Origin: Candidatus Levybacteria bacterium RIFCSPHIGHO2_01_FULL_37_17
GTDB lineage: Bacteria; Patescibacteriota; Microgenomatia; Levybacterales; UBA12049
Reading direction: 5' to 3'
Assembly (NCBI GenBank): GCA_001782035.1
Contig: MFNL01000002.1
Location: 124,865-188,864, forward strand
DNA length: 64,000 bases
The notes under the pieces are model-generated. The model worked only from the letters and a program-made list of their open reading frames with translations. It made no database searches and was not told where the DNA came from. A program made the translations under genes and the position numbers. Position 1 is the stretch's first letter. The number at the start of each line of letters is the position of its first letter. Positions 1 to 10,505 of the stretch are shown here, in pieces.

Positions 1-1
1 G

Positions 2-958
2 GAGACTAAGCTGCAATTCTTAGGAAAAAATGGAAGACTTACTATAGCAATAAAGGATATTAAAAAAGTGCCAGAGGATAAAAGGGCAGCGGTTGGGATG
101 CTTGCAAATGAAGTTAAAGAAACAATTGAGCGAGCAATTGAGTCTAAAAAACAAAATCTAAAAGAAAAGAGCCTAAGTCATGTTGTTAAAAAAATCGATG
201 TTACCAACCCGGGAAAAGCAGCCCCGATAGGACATTTGCATTTAATTACCCAAGCAATTGAGGAAATCACAGATATATTCAAAAGCATCGGCTTTACAAG
301 AGTTAAATATCCTGAGGTCGAATGGGACTGGTTTTCTTTTACTGCCTTAAACTTTCCCCAAAATCACCCTGCAAGGGATGACTGGGAAACGTTTTTTATT
401 GACGAGAGACAGAGCGATAAATTCGGACCAATGCTGCTGACCCCACATACGTCAAGTGGACAAATAAGAGAAATGCTTTCTAATAAACCCCCGATAAAAA
501 TGCTAAACATTGCTAAAACATACAGAAGGCAGGCCGATGTAGGCCACACCCCCATGTTTCATCAGTTTGAAACTCTAGCTGTTTCGGAAAATCTTTCGAT
601 TGGACACTTAAAAGGTACGCTTGAGTATTTTGTTCGCTCATTTTTTGGACCAAACATAAAAACTAGAATACGCCCTTACCATTTTGAGTTTACTGAGCCA
701 TCTTTTGAGGTAGACATAACGTGTACAGTCTGCTTAGGAAAAGGATGCAAGCTCTGCAAAGAAGGCTGGCTTGAAATGGGTGGAGCGGGTATGGTTCACC
801 CTAATGTTTTGAAAAATGGAGGAATTGACCCGCAAAAATACAGAGGCTTTGCATCAGGATGGGGAGTAGAAAGGGTGCTTCTTATGAGGGAAAACCTAAA
901 TATAGATGACTTGAGACTAGTTTACTCAAGCAAACTGGAATTTTTAGAACAGTTTTAA
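2..958 (+). CDS. pheS: phenylalanine--tRNA ligase alpha subunit (5' partial, frame open to window start)
   Basis: Class II aaRS core motifs (FPQNHPARDDWETFF, GWGVERV). Frame 2 is open from nt 2, so the N-terminus lies upstream of the window. Immediately followed by pheT. Confidence 0.9.
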   Translation, partial: ETKLQFLGKNGRLTIAIKDIKKVPEDKRAAVGMLANEVKETIERAIESKKQNLKEKSLSHVVKKIDVTNPGKAAPIGHLHLITQAIEEITDIFKSIGFTRVKYPEVEWDWFSFTALNFPQNHPARDDWETFFIDERQSDKFGPMLLTPHTSSGQIREMLSNKPPIKMLNIAKTYRRQADVGHTPMFHQFETLAVSENLSIGHLKGTLEYFVRSFFGPNIKTRIRPYHFEFTEPSFEVDITCTVCLGKGCKLCKEGWLEMGGAGMVHPNVLKNGGIDPQKYRGFASGWGVERVLLMRENLNIDDLRLVYSSKLEFLEQF

Positions 959-965
959 AGTATAA

Positions 966-2909
966 ATGAATATTCTAATTCCAACATCTTGGCTAAGAGA
1001 ACATTTAGCTACGAAAGCAAGCGACGAGATGATTGCTGAAATTTTATCAGCATCCTCCGTTTCTGTTGAGAAAATAAGGAAAAGAAATGATGAGTCAATA
1101 TATGACATCGAAGTAACCACCAATCGACCAGATTTAATGTCAATTAGTGGAATAGCAAGAGAAGCAAACGCCGCGCTTATAAGTCATGGTATTGAATCTA
1201 AATTCAGTCCAATATCGATTAATCAGACTATAAACAAAGGGAATTCTTTTCCAATTGATGTAAAAAGTGACTCAAAAATTGTTAACAGAATTTGTGCAAT
1301 TATCATGGCAATTAGAGTCGGCAGATCGCCTAAGCTTTTCATTGACAGGCTAGAAGCGTGCGGTATTAGATCTTTAAACAATGTTATAGATGTTACAAAT
1401 TATGTAATGCGCGAGGTAGGGCATCCAACGCACGTTTTTGACTTAGACAGACTAAATACGAATTATCTAACAATAACAAGATCAGAAAAGGGTGAACAAT
1501 TGACAACTTTAGATGGCAAAACATATACGCTTTTGGGTGATGATATTATAGCTAAAGACGAAAATGGAAGAATTGTTGATCTTTTAGGAATATTGGGGAC
1601 GCAAAATTCTGTTGTTACAGATCAAACTAAAAGAATTTTATTCTTTGTTGATAACAATAACCCAGCAAACATAAGAAATACATCAATGAACTTAGGAATT
1701 CGAACTGATGCAGCTATATTAAATGAAAAAGGAATTGATCCAAATATTGCAATGACAGCGCTTCTTAGGGGCATAGAGCTTTATCAGGACTTGGCAGACG
1801 GAAAAATTGAATCTGAAATACTAGATATCTACCCAAATAAAACAACAAATAGGCAAATCAGCATTTCCAATGAAAAAATATCTGATGTTATTGGAGCTGG
1901 AATTCCACTTAATGTCTCTAAAAAGATTTTAGACTCACTCGGTTTTATAGTAGAGATGGATAAAGATAGATTAGAAATTCAAATACCCGTAACTCGTGCT
2001 GATGTAAGGATTGAAGAAGATATTATAGAAGAAATAGCAAGAATTTATGGCTACCATAAAATCCCCTCTGTGATACCCGGCTTTTTTAGTACTAAATCAT
2101 ATAAATACCACGACTCATTTTACTTTGAGCAAAGAGTTAAAAACGCTATGAAATATTTGGGCTTTACTGAAGCTTATACATATTCTTTAGTTTCAGAAGA
2201 AAAGTACGAAGGGCCGATTGAGAGTGCATTAAAAATCAAAAACCCCTTAAGTATTGATATGGCATATTTAAGAAATTCACTGGTCCCAAGCCTTTTACAG
2301 GCAGTGGAGGAAAACAAAAAAAGAGATTTGATCCAAATTTTTGAAATAAGTAATATATACGAAAAAAGAAAATCTGAATTGCCAAAAGAAACTCTATTTT
2401 TCGCAGGAATATTAAAAGAGCAGAGTGCGGATTTCTATAAAGTGAAAGGGTTAATAATTGAGGTTTTAAAAGATATTGGAGTTAAGGATTTAATATTTAA
2501 AAATACCAAAAAAGCAGGAGCTGGTTCGTCTATCTACCTAGGTAAGGAATACTTGGGAGAAATAGAAGTTTTAGATACCAACTTAATTGATTTTGAGCTA
2601 AATTTCGAAATTATTTTAAAATTTACCAATGTCAAAAAAACTTACAAACCATTTGCAAAATTTCCGGCAATCCACGAAGATATTTCAGTAATTAGCACAT
2701 TAAACACCCAGAACTTGATAAACGAGATACAAAGCGTAAACAGAATAATTTCAGACGTATATTTAAAAGATGAATATAACGAAAGCCGGACGTTTCATAT
2801 AACTTACCAGGATTTTGAAAAAAACTTAACAAAAGACGACGTAGCAAGCATTCGAGCGAAGATTATAAACCATTTAAAAGAAGGCCTGCAGGTCCAAATC
2901 AGGGAGTAG
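966..2909 (+). CDS. pheT: phenylalanine--tRNA ligase beta subunit (short form lacking N-terminal tRNA-binding OB domain)
   Basis: TNRPDLMSISGIAREA (B3/4 domain) and a C-terminal FDV-type anticodon-binding domain. Synteny with pheS. Confidence 0.85.
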   Translation: MNILIPTSWLREHLATKASDEMIAEILSASSVSVEKIRKRNDESIYDIEVTTNRPDLMSISGIAREANAALISHGIESKFSPISINQTINKGNSFPIDVKSDSKIVNRICAIIMAIRVGRSPKLFIDRLEACGIRSLNNVIDVTNYVMREVGHPTHVFDLDRLNTNYLTITRSEKGEQLTTLDGKTYTLLGDDIIAKDENGRIVDLLGILGTQNSVVTDQTKRILFFVDNNNPANIRNTSMNLGIRTDAAILNEKGIDPNIAMTALLRGIELYQDLADGKIESEILDIYPNKTTNRQISISNEKISDVIGAGIPLNVSKKILDSLGFIVEMDKDRLEIQIPVTRADVRIEEDIIEEIARIYGYHKIPSVIPGFFSTKSYKYHDSFYFEQRVKNAMKYLGFTEAYTYSLVSEEKYEGPIESALKIKNPLSIDMAYLRNSLVPSLLQAVEENKKRDLIQIFEISNIYEKRKSELPKETLFFAGILKEQSADFYKVKGLIIEVLKDIGVKDLIFKNTKKAGAGSSIYLGKEYLGEIEVLDTNLIDFELNFEIILKFTNVKKTYKPFAKFPAIHEDISVISTLNTQNLINEIQSVNRIISDVYLKDEYNESRTFHITYQDFEKNLTKDDVASIRAKIINHLKEGLQVQIRE

Positions 2910-5298
2910 GCGTTAAGCTAATTGGAAGAATGCCTGTGGGAGTTGGGGTGCTTGTCGGTTCATCCTTTTTTTTACTTTCCCCCGGATCGTAAGTAGAAAC
3001 TTCTGTAGGAGGATAATATTCAGCCTTATCAGCAGCAAAGGTTTCGCGCAGCCATGTTGAAATTCCTTCCATCCATCTATTTTTTCCATCATTTGATATT
3101 GGATCGTCTTCTTCAAATACAATATAATCTTTAGTTTCATAATCTCCTTGCTCTATTTCTTTTTCATTGGCAAGTTTACCACTTTGCTGTTTTGATAATT
3201 TAACTTTCTTATATATACTAGAGGCGCTAGTTGGCTCTGTACCTTTTATATAGTATTCGCTTCTGGTCGGACGCCCCTCAACGGGCAACCCGCCTCCATA
3301 TGCGTCTACTTGAAGTGCAACGACGTTATCAGGCTTGCTGGGTGCAACATCCAGTTTACCTTTTAAAACATGAGCCATAATCCTATTCCAGATTGGTGCT
3401 GCTCCGGTGATTCCAGATGCAATATTGCCCATTGGGGAGTTATCGTTATTTCCTACCCATGTGCCTACCACGAAATCCCTCGTATATCCTACTGTCCAAT
3501 TATCTCTTTTTTGGTCCGTAGTACCAGTTTTAACAGAGACATTTGGATGACCTGATACAACCAAGTATGAATTGGTACCAAACGTTGGACTTCTTGCGCT
3601 ATTGTCTAAAAGTATATGTGAAATAAGAAACGAGATTTCCTCTGAAAAAATTCTTTGGGAAGAAGGAGGTTTGTATTTATAAATAGTATTTCCTTTCGCA
3701 TCTTTTACTTCAAGTATTGATACTACTGGCATTTTTGCTCCATTATTTGCAAACACGCCATAAGCCTCGACTTCATCAACCAATCTTACATCTCTTCCTC
3801 CTAAAACCAGGGAATAGCCGACATTTTTTAGATTTTCCTCCGTCGGCTGCCAGTTTTCTATTCCCATCTCATAAGCTTTTTGCATAACGTTTTTTACGCC
3901 AACCCTTGCAACCATTTTAACTGCAGGAACGTTCAAAGAGTTAGCCAAAGCAAACCTAACCAGCACGGGACCTCTGTATTTACCGTCGTAGTTTACAGGA
4001 ATATAATCTTTCTCCGAATCATTAGCTTTAAAATTTGTTTTGGTGTCCATAAGCAGAGTAGAGGCGGTATAACCTCTTGAAAAAGCCACTGCGTAAGTAA
4101 TCGGCTTTAAAGAAGAGCCAGGTTGCCTATAGCCTGTTGCTGCATTAAAATTTCCATCATTATCGGTGTCAAAATAATCTGCGCTACCAACCATTGCTAA
4201 AATTTCACCTAATTTTGGATCAGTTACCACAGCAGCGCCGTTTCCTACTTTAAAACCTTTAAGCTTCTTGATTTCTTCATTTACTATTTTTTCAGCTTCT
4301 TGTTCAATTTTATAATCCAGAGTCGTGGTAACTCTTAAGCCACCTGTTTCAACTGCTGCTTCTCCAAATTGCTTAACTAACTGCTGCTTTACGTACATAA
4401 CAAAATGTGGTGCCTTTATTCCGATATTTGTTTGAGTAAACTTTTTATCTTGAATTTCTTTATATGCATCGTCTGCTTGTTTTTGATTAATATATCCCTG
4501 CTTAACCATCTGGTCTAAAATGGTTTTAGTCCTTTCTATGTAATATTTATTACCCGAATAAGGCGAATATATACTTGGAGCCTGCGGAAGACCAGCAAGA
4601 AATGCGCTTTCCGACAGCGTTAAGTCCTTTACGTCTTTATTAAAGTATATTAAGGAAGCTGTCTGAACACCCAATGCTGTTCCACCATACGGTACGCTAT
4701 TGAGGTACATCTCAAGAATTTGATTTTTCGTATATTTTCTGTCCACCTGAATGGAAAGCATGAGCTCTTTTATTTTTCTAGGGATAGTACGCTCCGACGT
4801 TAAGAGAGCATTTTTTACTAGCTGCTGGGTAAGCGTTGAGCCTCCTGTAATCCTTTGCCTGAGTATTGGATCTATAATAAGCCCTCTTATATAACCCGTG
4901 ACAGAGAATCCACGATTTGTGTAAAAGTCCTTATCCTCAATTGCAATTGTTCCTTGTTGTAAGTACTTCGGGATATCTTTGAGCTTTACATATATTCTGT
5001 TTTGATTTTGATAAACAGAATAAAGCAACTCACCATTTCTATCATAGATACCACTTGACTGATTAGCCTGAGCTTCGATAAGCTTTCCCGGAGCAGGCAA
5101 ATCCCTTCCATACCATACAAATAAAAACATAAGAATGACTACAAATCCGATGGTTGCAAAAAAAGCATATTTAGCAAGTCGGCTTGCCACTGTAATTTTA
5201 GGCGTATTTCTTAAATAATTATTCCTTCCTAAATTAAATCTGGGGAAGCTGAAAGTGAGATAATTTTTTCTTCGTGCCCTACGTGAGTAATCCAACAT
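2899..5298 (-). CDS. class A penicillin-binding protein (transglycosylase/transpeptidase, PBP1A-like) with TP-rich C-terminal tail
   Basis: N-terminal TM. GT51 motifs (EDKDFYTNRGFS, RKIKE). Transpeptidase SxxK (GSSLKP), SLN and KTGTT motifs. Confidence 0.9.
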   Translation of the reverse strand: MLDYSRRARRKNYLTFSFPRFNLGRNNYLRNTPKITVASRLAKYAFFATIGFVVILMFLFVWYGRDLPAPGKLIEAQANQSSGIYDRNGELLYSVYQNQNRIYVKLKDIPKYLQQGTIAIEDKDFYTNRGFSVTGYIRGLIIDPILRQRITGGSTLTQQLVKNALLTSERTIPRKIKELMLSIQVDRKYTKNQILEMYLNSVPYGGTALGVQTASLIYFNKDVKDLTLSESAFLAGLPQAPSIYSPYSGNKYYIERTKTILDQMVKQGYINQKQADDAYKEIQDKKFTQTNIGIKAPHFVMYVKQQLVKQFGEAAVETGGLRVTTTLDYKIEQEAEKIVNEEIKKLKGFKVGNGAAVVTDPKLGEILAMVGSADYFDTDNDGNFNAATGYRQPGSSLKPITYAVAFSRGYTASTLLMDTKTNFKANDSEKDYIPVNYDGKYRGPVLVRFALANSLNVPAVKMVARVGVKNVMQKAYEMGIENWQPTEENLKNVGYSLVLGGRDVRLVDEVEAYGVFANNGAKMPVVSILEVKDAKGNTIYKYKPPSSQRIFSEEISFLISHILLDNSARSPTFGTNSYLVVSGHPNVSVKTGTTDQKRDNWTVGYTRDFVVGTWVGNNDNSPMGNIASGITGAAPIWNRIMAHVLKGKLDVAPSKPDNVVALQVDAYGGGLPVEGRPTRSEYYIKGTEPTSASSIYKKVKLSKQQSGKLANEKEIEQGDYETKDYIVFEEDDPISNDGKNRWMEGISTWLRETFAADKAEYYPPTEVSTYDPGESKKKDEPTSTPTPTGILPISLTPTP

Positions 5299-5349
5299 TT
5301 ACTAGCTAAATTATACCAAAAAAAGCACCTCCTATGCTATACTCAAGCT

Positions 5350-6522
5350 ATGGATAAAGCGGCAGAACTTTTAGAAAGAGGGGTAGCAAATATCATTCCT
5401 GATAAGAATGTTTTGTTGGGAAAATTAAGAGGTGAAAAAAAATTAAATATATATCTTGGTATTGATCCAACGTCCACAAAAATTCATCTTGGTCATGCAG
5501 TAGCACTTAGAAAGCTTCAACAATTTGCAAAGCTAGGACACAATGTCACATTTTTAATTGGTGACTTTACGGCACTAATTGGGGACACTTCAGATAAAGA
5601 ATCGGAAAGACCGGCTCTTACTAGGGGGGAGATCTCCGAAAACTTTAAAACATACAAAAAGCAGGCGCAGAAAGTTTTGGATTTTTCAAAAGTAAAAATT
5701 AAATACAACGGCGAGTGGCTAAAAAAACTAATTTTTGAAGACATACTAAAACTAATGCAACATTTTAGCGCAGGCGATTTTGTAGGAAGAGAATTGATTA
5801 AAAAAAGACTCTCGGCTAATAAAAGGGTTGGCCTACATGAGCTTCTATACCCGGTTATGCAAGGCTACGACAGCTTTATGCTTGATACCGATATCCAGAT
5901 TGGTGGGACAGACCAAACTTTTAATATGCAGGCAGGAAGAACACTACTTAAAAATTTGAAAAATAAAGAATCTTTTGTCTTAACGACACCGATTCTCGAA
6001 GGAGCAGACGGTCGCAAAATGAGCAAGTCATTTGGAAATGCGATTTGGTTGGATGATTCGCCCACTGACATGTTTGCAAAAATTATGTCGATAAATGATG
6101 ACTTAATTATTCAATACTTTACTTTGAGTACAAACACGCCCCTTTCAGATATTAAAAACATTGAAAAAAGACTTGAGAAAGAGAATCCGATAAATATAAA
6201 GAAACAGTTGGCCTTTGAAATAGTTCGAGGGTTAGATGGCGAGAAAGCGGCCACCCTAGCTCAGCAAGATTTTGAGAGACTAGTTCAAAAAAAAGAAATG
6301 CCTCTGCAACTCAATACATTTACACCCACAAGTGGAGCATCTATCGCAAGAACAATTTCTGAATGGGCTAATATTAGTGCTTCGGAAGTAAAAAGAGTTA
6401 TAAATCAAGGCGGAATTGAGCTTGATGGGCAAAGAATTGATCTTTCCGAAGCAAAAAAACCAATTAAGATAGGGTCTATTGTTAGAGTGGGTAAAAAACC
6501 ACCTTTCAGGATCGAGAAATAA
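5350..6522 (+). CDS. tyrS: tyrosine--tRNA ligase
   Basis: HIGH-type motif (IHLGH), KMSKS, QGYD, and a C-terminal S4-like domain. Confidence 0.85.
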   Translation: MDKAAELLERGVANIIPDKNVLLGKLRGEKKLNIYLGIDPTSTKIHLGHAVALRKLQQFAKLGHNVTFLIGDFTALIGDTSDKESERPALTRGEISENFKTYKKQAQKVLDFSKVKIKYNGEWLKKLIFEDILKLMQHFSAGDFVGRELIKKRLSANKRVGLHELLYPVMQGYDSFMLDTDIQIGGTDQTFNMQAGRTLLKNLKNKESFVLTTPILEGADGRKMSKSFGNAIWLDDSPTDMFAKIMSINDDLIIQYFTLSTNTPLSDIKNIEKRLEKENPINIKKQLAFEIVRGLDGEKAATLAQQDFERLVQKKEMPLQLNTFTPTSGASIARTISEWANISASEVKRVINQGGIELDGQRIDLSEAKKPIKIGSIVRVGKKPPFRIEK

Positions 6523-6659
6523 TTTGATACAATAATCATATGGAATTTTTTAGAAAACATCAGTGGATTGGAAAGATTATTATAATAGTTGCAGCACTTG
6601 CGTTAATTGCAACTTCGGTTCTTGCCTTTATTCCTCCTCCGCAATAAAATCTATACATT

Positions 6660-8660
6660 ATGGATTTAAATACCCCTGTAGGGCTCGTATCAAGATCTTA
6701 CAAAATGTATGCAGGAAGGCTTTCAAAGCTTGGAATTTTTACAATCTATGATTTTTTGCTCCATATTCCATTCAGATACGAAGACTACTCTTTAATTTCA
6801 AAAATAGGACAAGTCCAAGCAGAAGAATTAATAACTGTAAAAGGCAAAATTGAAAAAATTGAAAATAGATACCTAAGGCGATGGAAAACCCTACAAAAGG
6901 CGCAAGTAACCGACGGCACTGGAACGCTTGATGTTATCTGGTTTAACCAACCTTATATTCCTAAAGCTATAAAAGTAGGCGATGAAGTATCGCTATCCGG
7001 CAAGATAGAGTTGGATAAAAACAAATTGATAATGAAATCACCGGACTATGAATTAGTAGTTGACAATGAAACTATCCATACAGGTAGAATTGTGCCTATT
7101 TATCCTGAAACTAAAGGAATATCATCTAAGTGGTTAAGAAGGCAGGTTTATAAAGTTTTAGACCAGTTTAAAGACCTCCAAGACTATTTACCAAAGGAGA
7201 CTTTGAGAAAAAATAACTTAGGCGATCTATCATATGCAATAAACTCAATCCACTTCCCCAAAAGTATGCAAGAAGTCGAAAGAGCAAAAGAAAGACTTTC
7301 ATTTGATGAAATGCTAAAACTACACTTGTTATCTTTAAAAAGAAAAAAAGAATGGAAAAAAGATAAAGTTAATCCTTGGAAAATTGACAAAAATAAGATT
7401 AATGAGCTTATTAAAATACTTCCTTTTGAATTAACCGATGCCCAAAAAAACGCAGTTGAGGAAATTTTAAGAGACTTATCTTCCAATCTTCCCATGAACA
7501 GGCTTTTAGAGGGAGACGTAGGAAGCGGTAAGACCATTGTTGCCGCAATTACAACATATGCATCCTTCCTAAATGGATTTCAAACTGCTTTTATGGCTCC
7601 AACTGAAATTCTTTCCTCCCAGCATTTCCAAACACTAGACAATCTGCTTTCACCCTTAGAAATAAAAGTCAAATTATTCACCTCAGGCTCTAAAAAAATA
7701 GACGACTTTGACGTTGCTGTCGGGACACATGCTTTAATCTATAAAAAAGTGCAGTTTAAAAAACTTGGACTTGTTGTAATAGATGAGCAACAAAGATTTG
7801 GGGTAGAGCAGAGAGCAAAACTGAGGCTCAAGGGTAAAAATCCTCATATTTTAACAATGACTGCGACTCCAATTCCGCGTACAGTTGCACTAACTATGTA
7901 TGGCGACTTAGACCTTTCGATTTTGGATAAGATGCCCAAGGGAAGAATTAACATCAAAACCTGGCTTGTTCCTCCTTCTAAAAGAGAAGGCGCATATAAA
8001 TGGATAAAGGAAAAGATAGAGCGAGAAAAAGACCAGGTTTTTATAGTATGTCCATTTATTGAGGAGTCAGAAAATATGATTACAGTTAAGGCAGCTAAAA
8101 AAGAATTCGAGCGATTATCAAAAGAGGTTTTTCCTAATTTAAAACTAGGACTTTTACATGGGAAGCTTAAATCAGGCGAAAAAAATGACGTTTTAAATGA
8201 CTTTAAAAACAAAAAGATAGATATTTTAGTTTCAACTCCGGTTGTTGAGGTTGGTATAGATGTTCCTGCGGCAACAATTATGCTAATCGAGGAGGCGGAA
8301 AGGTTTGGTTTGGCTCAATTACACCAGCTAAGGGGAAGAGTGGGAAGGAGCAGCAGGCAATCTTACTGTCTTCTTTTTACATCAAGCAATAATCCATTAA
8401 CGCTGAGGCGATTAAAATCTATGGAAAAAATTTATTCAGGCCCAGAGCTTGCGGAACTGGATTTAAAACTTAGAGGCCCAGGACAAATTTATGGGACCAC
8501 GCAACACGGAACTTTTCAGTTAAAAGTAGCTAGCTTTTCAGACATTGAGCTTATCGCGAAAACTAAAAAGGAAGCTGAAATTTTATTTGAAAAACTTCAC
8601 AAGTATCCAAAGTTAACAGAACAAATAACCCTAGGCGATAAAAAGGTCTCCCCAGACTAA
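6660..8660 (+). CDS. recG: ATP-dependent DNA helicase RecG
   Basis: N-terminal wedge region (FRYEDY), Walker A GDVGSGKT, DEQQRFG, and a helicase C domain. Confidence 0.9.
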   Translation: MDLNTPVGLVSRSYKMYAGRLSKLGIFTIYDFLLHIPFRYEDYSLISKIGQVQAEELITVKGKIEKIENRYLRRWKTLQKAQVTDGTGTLDVIWFNQPYIPKAIKVGDEVSLSGKIELDKNKLIMKSPDYELVVDNETIHTGRIVPIYPETKGISSKWLRRQVYKVLDQFKDLQDYLPKETLRKNNLGDLSYAINSIHFPKSMQEVERAKERLSFDEMLKLHLLSLKRKKEWKKDKVNPWKIDKNKINELIKILPFELTDAQKNAVEEILRDLSSNLPMNRLLEGDVGSGKTIVAAITTYASFLNGFQTAFMAPTEILSSQHFQTLDNLLSPLEIKVKLFTSGSKKIDDFDVAVGTHALIYKKVQFKKLGLVVIDEQQRFGVEQRAKLRLKGKNPHILTMTATPIPRTVALTMYGDLDLSILDKMPKGRINIKTWLVPPSKREGAYKWIKEKIEREKDQVFIVCPFIEESENMITVKAAKKEFERLSKEVFPNLKLGLLHGKLKSGEKNDVLNDFKNKKIDILVSTPVVEVGIDVPAATIMLIEEAERFGLAQLHQLRGRVGRSSRQSYCLLFTSSNNPLTLRRLKSMEKIYSGPELAELDLKLRGPGQIYGTTQHGTFQLKVASFSDIELIAKTKKEAEILFEKLHKYPKLTEQITLGDKKVSPD

Positions 8661-8799
8661 CTTATTGCGATTTAAGCTCAAATCGGATATAATATCATTC
8701 TAGAACTCAAAATGCTTTGCATTTTGAAGGAGGAGAATAAAGCGAAAAGTTGAAGTTTTGACTCTGTCAAAACGAAAATAAAAGCGCAGATTAGACGAA

Positions 8800-9018
8800 A
8801 TGCCACAAGAGCCAAAGAAAAGACATTCACGGCAAAGACAGGGAAAAAGAAGAGCGGCAATAAAACTTGCGGTCTCATCTTACATTTTTTGTCCAAACTG
8901 CCATGAGCCTATTAAGCCTCATGCGATTTGTAAAAATTGCGGGTATTATAAGGGCAAACAGGTAATTGTAAAAAAAGAAAAAAAGAAAGAACAAGCAGTT
9001 AGCACGACGAGCGCTTAA
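8800..9018 (+). CDS. rpmF: 50S ribosomal protein L32 with Lys-rich C-terminal extension
   Basis: CPNCHEPIKPHAICKNCGYYKGKQV matches the L32 zinc-ribbon signature. Confidence 0.85.
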   Translation: MPQEPKKRHSRQRQGKRRAAIKLAVSSYIFCPNCHEPIKPHAICKNCGYYKGKQVIVKKEKKKEQAVSTTSA

Positions 9019-9362
9019 TGAGAAATCCCCAAGACCCAAGACATATACAAAGACAAAAGGTGGTAGAAGATTTATTTAAAACAACTTTTTATGCTCAGCA
9101 AATTGGAGAAAAGGCCGGAAGAATAATACAGAGTCAAGGTAAAATTGATAAGTACATAAAAAAGATTGCCCCCCAATTTCCTCCTGATAAAATAAATAAA
9201 GTTGACTTAGCAATACTTAGGCTTGCAATTTATGAATTACAGATGGAAAAAAAAGAACCTCCAAAGGTTATAGTTGATGAGGCAATAGAGCTAGCAAAAG
9301 AATATGGAGGGGAAACGAGTCCTGCTTTTATAAATGGGGCATTAGGCAAATTAGTAAAATGA
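9018..9362 (+). CDS. nusB: transcription antitermination factor NusB
   Basis: LAILRLAIYEL and VIVDEAIELAKEYGGE motifs. Start overlaps the rpmF stop. Confidence 0.8.
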   Translation: MRNPQDPRHIQRQKVVEDLFKTTFYAQQIGEKAGRIIQSQGKIDKYIKKIAPQFPPDKINKVDLAILRLAIYELQMEKKEPPKVIVDEAIELAKEYGGETSPAFINGALGKLVK

Positions 9363-10018
9363 TTAAACTTCCACAGTTTAGGAATAAGAAATTGTTCGAG
9401 CAGGCTTTTATACACAGAAGCTTTCTAAATGAGACAAAGGAAAATATTTCTTCAAATGAAAGGCTTGAGTTTTTAGGTGATAGTATTATTTCATTCTTGA
9501 TATCACAAAATCTTTACCTGCAATACCCACAATTTAACGAAGGGATATTAACAAACATGCGGTCCTTGCTTGTCAACACTAAAAGCTTAGCTCTTATTGC
9601 AAAAGAGTTGGAGTTTGGAAAGTATTTAAAACTTTCAAAAGGAGAGGAAGAGTCTTTGGGAAGACAAAACCAGTCACTTCTTGCAAATTCTTTTGAGGCA
9701 TTTGTCGGAGCATTATTACTGGATCAGGGAATTGAGGCTGTAGATGTTTTCCTTAACCAGATTTTTGGGGGAAAAATAGTACTTTTGGCTCAAGCAAGCT
9801 CATTCAAAGATCCCAAAAGTCTTTTACAGGAGTATGCTCAATCAAGGAAAAAGGGCTCGCCTATGTATAGAGTATTAAAAGAAACAGGGCCAGCGCATTC
9901 AAAGACTTTTATTGTAGGAGTATTTATAAAAAGTAGTATTGTGGGAAGAGGAGAAGGAAAATCTAAACAGGAAGCAGAAGAAAGCGCAGCTGAAAAAGCA
10001 TTAGAGCGCTTGAGGTAG
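9359..10018 (+). CDS. rnc: ribonuclease III
   Basis: ERLEFLGDS catalytic signature. C-terminal dsRBD (GEGKSKQEAEESAAEKALE). Confidence 0.9.
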   Translation: MIKLPQFRNKKLFEQAFIHRSFLNETKENISSNERLEFLGDSIISFLISQNLYLQYPQFNEGILTNMRSLLVNTKSLALIAKELEFGKYLKLSKGEEESLGRQNQSLLANSFEAFVGALLLDQGIEAVDVFLNQIFGGKIVLLAQASSFKDPKSLLQEYAQSRKKGSPMYRVLKETGPAHSKTFIVGVFIKSSIVGRGEGKSKQEAEESAAEKALERLR

Positions 10019-10045
10019 GCCTCAAATAATGGTAGAATTAAACAC

Positions 10046-10276
10046 ATGTCGCTAGTAATAAGAAGTTCCCGCATGGGCAAAAAGGGTGAAAGAAAATTTA
10101 GGATAGTTATTAAAGAAAAACGGTCAAGGCGTGATGGAGATTCGGTGGAACTTCTTGGGTGGTATGAAAAAGGCAAAAATGGAAAAAAAGAAATCAATAT
10201 AGAAAGATATAAATACTGGCTCTCTAAAGGAGCTCAGCCTTCCATTGCGGTTGAAAAATTGGTAAATGAAAGATAA
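10046..10276 (+). CDS. rpsP: 30S ribosomal protein S16
   Basis: VIRSSRMGKKGERKFRIV aligns to the S16 N-terminus. Conserved rpsP-KH-trmD order. Confidence 0.8.
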   Translation: MSLVIRSSRMGKKGERKFRIVIKEKRSRRDGDSVELLGWYEKGKNGKKEINIERYKYWLSKGAQPSIAVEKLVNER

Positions 10277-10505
10277 ATTAGTTACTCTGGTAAAAAGTAT
10301 CGTAGAACAAGAGGATAAGGTAGAAGTTGAAGAGTCTTCCGAGGGGGGAGTTGTAAATTTGACTATTAAAGTAGACCCTGAAGAAATCGGAAAAGTAATA
10401 GGAAAAGGTGGTAAGGTTATAAAATCTTTAAGAAATGTTATGAAAATTGCCGCAATGAAGCAGAATATAAAAGTTTTTGTGAATTTAGCTGAAAATCCTC
10501 AATGA
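10266..10505 (+). CDS. KH domain RNA-binding protein (YlqC-like)
   Basis: GKVIGKGGKVIKSLR GXXG loop. Position between rpsP and trmD. Confidence 0.75.
   Translation: MKDKLVTLVKSIVEQEDKVEVEESSEGGVVNLTIKVDPEEIGKVIGKGGKVIKSLRNVMKIAAMKQNIKVFVNLAENPQ

Noticed and set aside
6563-6751. 62-aa ORF overlapping the recG start
   Set aside because: Cys-rich low-complexity translation in an alternative frame of the RecG N-terminus, so probably spurious.
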